Positions 7,915-16,043 of a DNA stretch of 64,000 bases are shown piece after piece. The position numbers were made by a program, and so were the translations under genes. The stretch is from a virus. Location: positions 3,219 through 67,218 of IMG/VR virus record IMGVR_UViG_3300028601_000033; one strand, written 5' to 3'. The notes below the pieces were generated by a model that was given only the letters and a program-made list of their open reading frames with translations, had not been told where the DNA came from and did not search any database. Numbering within the stretch: the stretch's first letter is position 1; each line of letters begins with the position of its first letter.

Positions 7915-10080
7915 ATGGCTTTTAGTCTTGGTTCAATATTTAAACAAGGTAGGGTTTCTCCTCCAAGAGCTGCAAAGCCGTTCTTTAATGGGATGAATCC
8001 TAGTAGTGATTTTACAATAACAGGAGGTGCATGCTCAACTGTCGATAAGGATGGTATTTTGAGGCCGTCCTATATTAATTATCCTGCCATTAAAGGTGGT
8101 CGATGGGCGACAACAGTTGCGGAAGGGGCGCTATTGGGGCCGGAGTTGGCGCCACAGCCATTAGACCTGCAGCCATCCTCTTGGATAGCCTATGACGCGA
8201 CAAAATTATCTGCCACATCTTATAAAATAACAGCCACAGATGGACGGCTTGTTCGTGCCCTGACAACAGCTGGTAAGCGTTATTTGATTACAGCAGAAGC
8301 ATCCGGGCCTTTCAGACTACGCAATAGCAATACCTCCGGTGATTTATTGGTGGGGAGTGGCTCTGTGGAAATTGTGGCGGTGGGTGCTTATGAGACGCAA
8401 TTATCGGCTACGGAGTTAAATACGGTTGTTACCGTTAACTCTCTTTCCGTCCGCGAAGTCATCCCTCAATGGCTTTCCACAGACATCTATGGAAATGACC
8501 TCCAGCCCTCTAAAGTCATTCGTACAGCCAAGGGTCTCCTCAAGGAACATGTCCTCTATGACACCCTTGACCATGAATCTGACTCAGATTATAGCATAGG
8601 TGATAAAGTCCTGATTCAGACTACAGAGGGTCCTATGTGGATGGAATGTATAGGGGTATCTGAAGCGGGTGATCTTGAAGAAGAAGGTAGTGAATACTTC
8701 ACCGCTTTCAATGGGTTCGAGGATACTGACTACACGTACACCGGTGGCCCCGTCGTTACCGAGGACAACACTGGCGCACTTGTCACTTCCCCCGCAGGTG
8801 TGCTGCCGATTACCGGGATGCGTAACACGGAAAACGGGTGGGTGGATTACACGCTTGATATGGCCAGTATCTACACCACGGACAGCGACTTTATCGGCGT
8901 GATGTACGACACTGCTACGGATACATGGGAGCGCGTAGGGGCGAGTCGTGGAGAGGCCGTCGGGCAACTTCCCCCAGGGTTTATGTCTCATCAGATATTC
9001 AATAAGCTACGGCGTGTAGTGCTGGCCGACGATGGCACGGTTTACAAGGGTATTAGTTGGGCAGACTTTACCAAGCACGACGATGGTACGGATGTAGACC
9101 TGACTGGCGGCAACGGGCAGATAATGATGGAATATCTGCCTGCTTACTATCTATCGGTAGTCGATGGCACTAAGTACGGAATACTTCTCAGTGAACAAGC
9201 CCTTCCCGGATTCCACTTGCACCCGGTGTTTCAGGATTCATCGGCGGTGTATCTCGGAGCCTACGAAGCATCACTGGTGCCAGGACAAACAAAACTGTCG
9301 TCTATCGCGTTGGACCCACGCGACGGCACATCGCCGGTCTGGCCGGTGACAACCCGCTCCGGCGATTGGGGTCATACAAATCTGACCACGGAGGCAACCG
9401 ATACGCTGGCTGAGGCCCGGGGAGCTGGCTGGCAGCAGTATGATTACCTGACTCTCCACTGGCAATGGATGCTGGGACTGGTGGGGTTCGCGGGGTGGAA
9501 TTTTCAGGCTATGGTGGGTTATGGTCGGTCCTCGTTGTCCGGTGGTGCCTGGGAAAATGATTCATACATCGGCAGATGCGGCTTGGGCGACGCCAAGGCG
9601 GGGATGTACAGTGCGGTGCAGGTGGGCGGCAGCGGCGGCTATCTGACCGACTACTCAACGCTGATGGGGATCGAAAACCTCTGGGGCAATGTTTGGAAGC
9701 GCAACGTTGCGCTATTTAGCAATAACGCCGTGTATTATAAGCCAGAGCCTCCGTATGACTACACGACCGTTGTGGGCTGGACACGGCTGCTCGATGCTGC
9801 TGGAGCGGGCGTTACCCTGCCTGCCGTATCCGGTTACGGCAGGGTGCCCTTCTCTGGCCTGGGTTTCGGGTTGCCGGTCGACGTGACAGTGACGTCATCA
9901 ACCAGGCTGACAGACTATTTCTATGCCGATACCGGAGGACTTAGCCTCCGCGTCCCTCTGGTGGGCGGTGCTGCGGATAGCGGTACGGCTGCGGGTCCGT
10001 TCTGCGTGAGTGCGAATATCGCGGTGGCGTCTACGATTGCGTATGTCGGCGGGCGATTAGTTTATAAAGGAGGTGCGTAA
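7915..10080 (+). CDS. mosaic fibre/receptor-binding protein with C-terminal CLec-fold (Mtd-like, DGR target-type) domain
   Basis: GQIMMEY, LPGFHLHPVF, YLGAYEAS, GIENLWGNVW and terminal VGG...AGPF...VGGRL motifs. Confidence 0.75.
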   Translation: MAFSLGSIFKQGRVSPPRAAKPFFNGMNPSSDFTITGGACSTVDKDGILRPSYINYPAIKGGRWATTVAEGALLGPELAPQPLDLQPSSWIAYDATKLSATSYKITATDGRLVRALTTAGKRYLITAEASGPFRLRNSNTSGDLLVGSGSVEIVAVGAYETQLSATELNTVVTVNSLSVREVIPQWLSTDIYGNDLQPSKVIRTAKGLLKEHVLYDTLDHESDSDYSIGDKVLIQTTEGPMWMECIGVSEAGDLEEEGSEYFTAFNGFEDTDYTYTGGPVVTEDNTGALVTSPAGVLPITGMRNTENGWVDYTLDMASIYTTDSDFIGVMYDTATDTWERVGASRGEAVGQLPPGFMSHQIFNKLRRVVLADDGTVYKGISWADFTKHDDGTDVDLTGGNGQIMMEYLPAYYLSVVDGTKYGILLSEQALPGFHLHPVFQDSSAVYLGAYEASLVPGQTKLSSIALDPRDGTSPVWPVTTRSGDWGHTNLTTEATDTLAEARGAGWQQYDYLTLHWQWMLGLVGFAGWNFQAMVGYGRSSLSGGAWENDSYIGRCGLGDAKAGMYSAVQVGGSGGYLTDYSTLMGIENLWGNVWKRNVALFSNNAVYYKPEPPYDYTTVVGWTRLLDAAGAGVTLPAVSGYGRVPFSGLGFGLPVDVTVTSSTRLTDYFYADTGGLSLRVPLVGGAADSGTAAGPFCVSANIAVASTIAYVGGRLVYKGGA
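9946..10062 (+). other. DGR variable-region (VR)-like segment
   Basis: Codons at the usual variable Asn positions are all NNY (GCT, GAT, AGC, TGC, AGT, AAT, ATC, TCT, ATT, TAT) between constant GCG/ACG/GGT codons. Confidence 0.7.
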
Positions 10081-11222
10081 TGGCGGTTAATCTTATACCT
10101 ATCCACACCAGCACCCCCCTGCGCACCCGCAAGGGCACAGTGAGCGTGTACGATGAGAGTTACAAGGGGCCGCTGATCGAACCAGCGAGGACGAATAAGT
10201 GTACGTGTCGGAAGAGTAATCCGGTGGATACGACGAATATCACGAAGTTCGGAGACGCTGCCGCTGTACTGTCGGTGGTGGATGACACGGCTGCTTTAGC
10301 TGCTGCTGGACTGTCAGATATCTGCACCAGTGGTATGGTGTACAAGCTGGACAACTCGGCGGGTACTACAGAAGCCCGAGCAAATATCTCAGGCGCCACA
10401 GGTAACATAAACCAACACTGTCTAAGCTGTTACATCCGCATAACTGGACGCGAAGAAAAATACCCACTTCTTAGGATTTCAAATGGTACACCTGTGCCGG
10501 GGTATGACACGGCTGTTTCAACAGGGTATATCTGTAAAACTATCGGCTATTCAGAGGTGTCGTCGTCAGCTATTCTCCAAGTGTGGGCTCCAGTAGGAGC
10601 AATCGCCTACTTCATCCTCCCCGACCTCCAAGAAGGCACGTTCCTCACCTCGCCTATTTGCAAGGATTTAACCGGAGCCGACCCGCTCACCGCTCTCACC
10701 CGCCCCGCTGCCAACCTGACCCGCCCCACGGCAGGGACGGCGTTGGAGAGTGGCAATAACTTTGCGATTTATGGCAGGGTGGTGCCGAAGGCGGGAGGGC
10801 AGGGGGGTGTTTATTCCTTCGGAACATACTTGGACACAAACAATCGGACCGAATTTTATCAGGGTGCCACAGGTACTATTGCAGGGATATATAAGACGGT
10901 TGCAGGAGCCACAGTAAATGCGGCCACAGCATACACCCACGCAGCCAACACCCCCTTTGAGTACCTTCTATATCAACACTCCGTCCACGGTATGGGTATC
11001 GTTGTGCGCAGTTGGAACGGTTCGGCATGGAGCGCATGGAGTGCGTGGGCCACGAACGCCAACACAGCCAACGCACCGATAGCATCAACGTATCAAATTG
11101 GCGCACGCAACAACTCCAACCATTTCGCCGCCAATTATCCGTTCACGACAGTCATCGCCATTCCCCCTAACGCCAACCCTCAAACATGGTTGATGGACGC
11201 GCTCAGTGCGATGGGCATATAA
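10080..11222 (+). CDS. head/tail fibre-like structural protein, paralog 1
   Basis: LIEPARTN and LQEGTF.TSPI...TR.A motifs typical of phage fibre/spike proteins; GC-rich codons. Confidence 0.65.
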   Translation: MAVNLIPIHTSTPLRTRKGTVSVYDESYKGPLIEPARTNKCTCRKSNPVDTTNITKFGDAAAVLSVVDDTAALAAAGLSDICTSGMVYKLDNSAGTTEARANISGATGNINQHCLSCYIRITGREEKYPLLRISNGTPVPGYDTAVSTGYICKTIGYSEVSSSAILQVWAPVGAIAYFILPDLQEGTFLTSPICKDLTGADPLTALTRPAANLTRPTAGTALESGNNFAIYGRVVPKAGGQGGVYSFGTYLDTNNRTEFYQGATGTIAGIYKTVAGATVNAATAYTHAANTPFEYLLYQHSVHGMGIVVRSWNGSAWSAWSAWATNANTANAPIASTYQIGARNNSNHFAANYPFTTVIAIPPNANPQTWLMDALSAMGI

Positions 11223-11234
11223 AGGAGTAATAGA

Positions 11235-12374
11235 ATGGGACAAACATCATTATTTCCACCTATCGTAAATACAGCCAAAATCGGCCAAGATGTGGTGGAC
11301 AAAGAAGTCCGTTGGAGAGTTGGTGGCATGTATAAGCCTATGCAGGGTGTCTTGATTGAACCTGGAAGGACTAATAAGTGTACCTGTGTTAAGGCTAATC
11401 CGGTTGATACGACGAGCATGGCAGTGGATAGTGGGCGGCCAGAGGATTTGACAGTGGTTGATATGTCTGAAGCCTTGTTAAGGTCTGGACTATCTCACTT
11501 ATGCGTAAGCGGTATGGTGTATCGGTTGGATAACAGTACCAACGCCACAAATAGATATGCTAGATGTATGGGATCAACCGGTAATACCAACCCGCATACT
11601 ATGAGTGCTTATATTTGCGGCACAGGTAAAGGAGGTGTGCGAAAAAGTGGACTGTCAGGAGTGGGGAGTGTTGAAAACATAGCCCTTACAGACAGCTTTG
11701 TAAGGGTATCGGATATGGGCAATGCTGCTGCAACAGTATCGGAAGGCGTTATCATAGCCAATCCATATTCGGTGGTCTACTTCATCCTCCCTCAACTCGA
11801 AGAAGGTTCTTTCTGCACATCTCCTATATGGAGATCTTCAAACTATACGGAACCGAATACCCCTATAACTCGTGCGGCAGTTTGTTGTTCAGCCCCTATC
11901 GCGGACTATATGCGACCTAATAATGTCGCTTTCATGGGAGAAGTTAACCTCAATGGTCTGACCCAAACTGATCATGGTCAATTAGTAGGTACTACCGTCG
12001 ATGCGGATAACTATTTTAGAATAAATTTTCGAACCATATATAATGCTGTATATATCGAAAAACGGATTGGGGGAGTTTCATATTCTGCACCAGGATGTTT
12101 CTATGGTACTGGATTAAACACTACTATCTTCCAATATCAAGGTTTCCTATGCTCCACAAATGGTGTCGGATTGAGGATTCGATGGTATATTGATGGCGCC
12201 TGGAGTGTCTGGACGGATTGGCAGATAAATACCAATACTCAAGATGTACCTCTTGGATCTACATTTGAGATTGGGCATCAAGCCGGTGGATATCAATTGT
12301 CTGCATACCATAGATGGCATCGTACATGGTTCCATAATAATTCTAAAGCATTTCTTGAAGGACTTACGACATAA
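11235..12374 (+). CDS. head/tail fibre-like structural protein, paralog 2
   Basis: Colinear with 10080-11222: LIEPGRTNKCTC, YFILPQLEEG..TSPI, GAWS.W..W. Confidence 0.65.
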   Translation: MGQTSLFPPIVNTAKIGQDVVDKEVRWRVGGMYKPMQGVLIEPGRTNKCTCVKANPVDTTSMAVDSGRPEDLTVVDMSEALLRSGLSHLCVSGMVYRLDNSTNATNRYARCMGSTGNTNPHTMSAYICGTGKGGVRKSGLSGVGSVENIALTDSFVRVSDMGNAAATVSEGVIIANPYSVVYFILPQLEEGSFCTSPIWRSSNYTEPNTPITRAAVCCSAPIADYMRPNNVAFMGEVNLNGLTQTDHGQLVGTTVDADNYFRINFRTIYNAVYIEKRIGGVSYSAPGCFYGTGLNTTIFQYQGFLCSTNGVGLRIRWYIDGAWSVWTDWQINTNTQDVPLGSTFEIGHQAGGYQLSAYHRWHRTWFHNNSKAFLEGLTT

Positions 12375-12389
12375 GTATAGTGTATAAAA

Positions 12390-12419
12390 ATGAGGGGGTG
12401 TCCTTTGCGACACCCTCAT
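12390..12419 (+). terminator. intergenic hairpin, possible terminator or processing site
   Basis: ATGAGGG(GG)TGTC-loop-GACACCCTCAT; weak T-tract. Confidence 0.4.
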
Positions 12420-12514
12420 CTTAGAGCTTTGACGTGGAAAAGATAGATTTAATTAAACAATCTTTTAGGTGTCTTAGAATGGATAACTCTAACCGTGCAT
12501 GTTGGGTGAAATAG

Positions 12515-12943
12515 ATGACTAATACAGTAGAAGCAATTATCAAGTTTAAACCCCCCTATGATACAGATACAACTCTGGGCTTCATTGCTTTGGCTACATT
12601 TGCAAAAGAAACCTTCGGTGAAGGCGGAAATCCTGAGGCTAATATCGTAGAAGATTATCTAGGATATGTCAATACACCACCTTTGAAAGGCTACGTAAGG
12701 ACTAGAATCGGCCAGGCTTACGGTCTTGCTCTTGAGTATATTGAAGAAAATGGTGGAAGCCCTGTTGCTGAATTGATTCGAGTTGAATGGCCTGGGCTTG
12801 GTCCTGGTGCGAAATTTAATGAAGAAACACAGGAAATGGAACCCGATGGTTCGTGGCCGGATATCACTGTAGAGATGGAAAATTACGATGAAGAAGGCAA
12901 TGTAGTTGGGACATATCAGCAGGCTATCGGCAGGATTGCTTAG
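12515..12943 (+). CDS. acidic hypothetical protein
   Basis: 142-aa ORF with genome-typical codon usage. Confidence 0.6.
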   Translation: MTNTVEAIIKFKPPYDTDTTLGFIALATFAKETFGEGGNPEANIVEDYLGYVNTPPLKGYVRTRIGQAYGLALEYIEENGGSPVAELIRVEWPGLGPGAKFNEETQEMEPDGSWPDITVEMENYDEEGNVVGTYQQAIGRIA

Positions 12944-13194
12944 TGAAATGGGTAGCCTACCATAATGGTAAAGAGATTCCATATCTCTTAGGTCTCTTGT
13001 TGGCATTTGACCAGTTTTCAGGAGCATTTTGGCCAGGCGCTGATATAGATAAAACAATTAGTCATAGAGTCGGTCTAAGACGACAAAAGATGGGAGGTAA
13101 GATACCTTTTCTGAAACATCCTTTGGCTGCATCTATAGATTGGCTATGCGAACGTTTTGAAGTAGATCATACAATCAACTCTATCGGGAGTTAA
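12943..13194 (+). CDS. small hypothetical (membrane-associated) protein
   Basis: L.AFDQ....F...D.D.TIS.R.G...IDWL....DH pattern of small phage proteins near fibre genes. Confidence 0.55.
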   Translation: MKWVAYHNGKEIPYLLGLLLAFDQFSGAFWPGADIDKTISHRVGLRRQKMGGKIPFLKHPLAASIDWLCERFEVDHTINSIGS

Positions 13195-13195
13195 T

Positions 13196-13819
13196 ATGGA
13201 CAAATTATACCATGTAATTGCATCTTTAAGTATCATGTTGGGTCTGAGTTTTATAACGTCTATCCGAACCGCTTGTGTAGTAGTAATCGTAATAGGTATT
13301 TTAAAGGAACTTGTCGATAAATTTCGAGGAGGTATATTTGATTGGCAAGACATCATTGTTGATCTTATAGGTGTATTCTTAGGAGCGCTGTTGGCAGCTA
13401 TCCTGCTATGCCCTTCGAATGCTCAAGCATTTGAGTTATCCTATCCTGAGGTCGATAAAATATCTGTTGATTTTACATTTGCTCCACCACATAATGAACC
13501 TGTTATCGGTAATTTAGTGGCTCGCTATCGGGTTCGAAATGTCGTGTCCGCTCATTGGGAAAGACTTTCGTTACTTGCGGAATTCAATCTATGGGCTTGT
13601 AATCGATGGCGAACACCTAGTCAAGTTGGACATGGAATTCCCGATGCTTGGAAAGGCTCTGACTGGTCTATAGATGAGTGGCGATGGGATGCTAACTACG
13701 AGGTAGCTTATAAAGTACATAAGCATTTCGATATATTTACTGAGTATAAATGGACGGAAGAATACAAAGGTCATGACTCTTACTATTGGTTAACCGGGTT
13801 CAGAATTAATTTCCTCTAA
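13196..13819 (+). CDS. membrane protein: hydrophobic N-terminus plus putative outer-membrane beta-barrel domain
   Basis: DK.YH...KE..D....FDW.D...D..G N-terminus; AQA cleavage-like site; alternating aromatic strands ending YYWLTGFRINFL. Confidence 0.55.
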   Translation: MDKLYHVIASLSIMLGLSFITSIRTACVVVIVIGILKELVDKFRGGIFDWQDIIVDLIGVFLGALLAAILLCPSNAQAFELSYPEVDKISVDFTFAPPHNEPVIGNLVARYRVRNVVSAHWERLSLLAEFNLWACNRWRTPSQVGHGIPDAWKGSDWSIDEWRWDANYEVAYKVHKHFDIFTEYKWTEEYKGHDSYYWLTGFRINFL

Positions 13820-13831
13820 AGGAACGAAGTA

Positions 13832-14167
13832 ATGACAATTAATCAAGCTGGTGTTGTACTGTCTTCCTCATTACCTGCTGTAACACTTGCTTCAGAAACT
13901 ATACGTGAAACAACACAAAGCGCCATAAGTTTTCCGTCCAGTGACATTCTACTTTTAGTTATTAACTTAGCAATCGGTCTTATTGGATTCTTTCTTTATC
14001 GCACTCTAAAACAAAATGATGAAAATCATAAAGAGATGTTTAAAAAGATGGATAAGAATCAAGAATCTACAGAGATTCTCGCTAAAAGCTTAGAAAGACT
14101 AATCGGCGCTCATAATACTTACCACCAAACAAATATTGAAACACCGGAGATAAAACACCATGACTGA
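13832..14167 (+). CDS. single-TM coiled-coil protein
   Basis: One hydrophobic segment followed by a charged helical tail. Confidence 0.55.
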   Translation: MTINQAGVVLSSSLPAVTLASETIRETTQSAISFPSSDILLLVINLAIGLIGFFLYRTLKQNDENHKEMFKKMDKNQESTEILAKSLERLIGAHNTYHQTNIETPEIKHHD

Positions 14168-14429
14168 CGTTAAACTTAGCCCTCCTCAACTCCCTACTGG
14201 TGAAATCGTTGAGATTGAAGAAAAGATGGAAAATGAAGATACTACTATGGAAACTCCGACGGATCCTCCAGAGGAACTTGACGGTGAAGAAATTGTAGTT
14301 TTCTATGATACGCAGCCTTGTAATTGGTATATCCGCCCTGTCGGTAAACTGATTGAAGCTAAAAATGATCAATCCGGTGAGAAATTTAAAGGTACCCTGA
14401 AAGAATTCAATAAGCGTCTGAGAGGTTAA
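14160..14429 (+). CDS. small hypothetical protein preceding portal
   Basis: GGAG RBS; PCNWYI...EAKN..SGEKFKGT..EFN..LRG. Confidence 0.65.
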   Translation: MTDVKLSPPQLPTGEIVEIEEKMENEDTTMETPTDPPEELDGEEIVVFYDTQPCNWYIRPVGKLIEAKNDQSGEKFKGTLKEFNKRLRG

Positions 14430-14432
14430 TAA

Positions 14433-16028
14433 ATGGCAGTTACAAACGCTGCTCAATCAAAGGTTAAAACGGTTGCAGATCCAAATGCAAAGTATGAGTC
14501 TTTGTTGGATCTGTGGAAACGGAATAGAGCTGTTTGTGGTGGGGAGCGTTTTGTAAAAGACTTTGACGGCACCCTCGATGTTCTCAGCTTTACAAATCTT
14601 CTTATTCCATTCTCCCCTTCAATGACTCCTGAGCAGTTTCAATTCTATAAAGCAGAAGCGGAACTCCCAGGTATTACTTCCCAATTTGCAAAGATGTTGG
14701 TTGGAGGTTTACTTAGAAAGAAGCCTACTCTAAAGCTTCCCGAAGGTATTTCCACTGATGTACACGATTGGATAATGAATCAATTTGGTGTTGATGACTC
14801 ACCTATGACAACCTTTCTTGATTCAGCACTATGGGATGAAGTCCAAACATCAAGAGTATGGATTTTCGTGGATTATCCTAAAATTCTAAACCCTGAGGAA
14901 TTAACCCGCCAAGAATTGCTAGAATATAAACCTTATGCTATTTTCCAGCGAGGCGAGGCGATTGTTAACTGGCGAGTTAGAACTGATAGGCTAGGAAAAA
15001 CTATTCTAGATCGTGTTGTTGTTCGTGGTTATGAAGAGACCTTCGGGGAAGCAGGTGAAGATAATGAATTCCATCCATCTTTTCGTGATACTGTATGGGT
15101 TCATGAATTAGATAAGGCTGGTTTTTATCAGATTCGAAAATTTCAGAAAGAAGATGTTGAGAGTAATGTAGATGTCATATCAGGCCATATTCAGATAGAT
15201 ACTCTTAAGAATAAAGGAACATTTGTTCAAAAGGAGTGTAATCAGAATATTATGGCTAATGGCCAACGGCTTAACTTTATACCTGCATGGCCTCTTAACG
15301 GCAGTATCGAACCAGTGGAACCGATGCTTACAGCTATTGTAGACAAAGAAGTTGCGCTCTATAATAAGCTTAGTCGTCGTAATCATTTACTTTATGGGGC
15401 TTCCACATATACTCCTGTTATTTGTTCTGACATGACTGATGAGAAATTTCAGGCGATTGTAGATAGCGGTTTAGGTTCATGGCTTCATTTGCAGCAAGGT
15501 GACACCGCTACAGTACTCAAAACGCCTACAGACGCCCTTTCGGACATGGATAGAGCTATTGCCGCTACCATAGAGGAGATGGCGAAATTAGGTATCAGGA
15601 TGTTGACACCTGAAGTTCAACAATCTGGAGTTGCCTTAGAAATCCGTAATGCTGCTCAAACAGCTCAATTGGGTACACTTAATAGCAAAATAGGTAGCAT
15701 TATGCAGCAAGTTATTTGTTGTATGATTAACTGGCGACTAGGTCTTACCTTAAAACCTTCTGATATTGAATTTTCTTTGTCAGAAGATTTCAATCCCGTA
15801 CCTATAGGTGCCGATTGGCTTAGACTGGCAACTGAGTGGTACCAACAAGGGCTTATTCCTCGTTCAGCTTGGATCCTTATGCTTAAGCAAAACGATCTCT
15901 TGCCTCCAGATTATAATGATGAGGTAGCTAAACAGGAAATCTCGGAGGATGAATTTTTAGTGCCTACAACACCTGACAATACAAACTATTTTAATGAACA
16001 GAACAATCAAGAAACCTCTGAAACATAA
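14433..16028 (+). CDS. portal protein (DUF4055-like)
   Basis: 531 aa, head-module position, WIFVDYP and SGVAL.IR motifs. Confidence 0.85.
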   Translation: MAVTNAAQSKVKTVADPNAKYESLLDLWKRNRAVCGGERFVKDFDGTLDVLSFTNLLIPFSPSMTPEQFQFYKAEAELPGITSQFAKMLVGGLLRKKPTLKLPEGISTDVHDWIMNQFGVDDSPMTTFLDSALWDEVQTSRVWIFVDYPKILNPEELTRQELLEYKPYAIFQRGEAIVNWRVRTDRLGKTILDRVVVRGYEETFGEAGEDNEFHPSFRDTVWVHELDKAGFYQIRKFQKEDVESNVDVISGHIQIDTLKNKGTFVQKECNQNIMANGQRLNFIPAWPLNGSIEPVEPMLTAIVDKEVALYNKLSRRNHLLYGASTYTPVICSDMTDEKFQAIVDSGLGSWLHLQQGDTATVLKTPTDALSDMDRAIAATIEEMAKLGIRMLTPEVQQSGVALEIRNAAQTAQLGTLNSKIGSIMQQVICCMINWRLGLTLKPSDIEFSLSEDFNPVPIGADWLRLATEWYQQGLIPRSAWILMLKQNDLLPPDYNDEVAKQEISEDEFLVPTTPDNTNYFNEQNNQETSET

Positions 16029-16043
16029 ATGATGGAGTAATAG

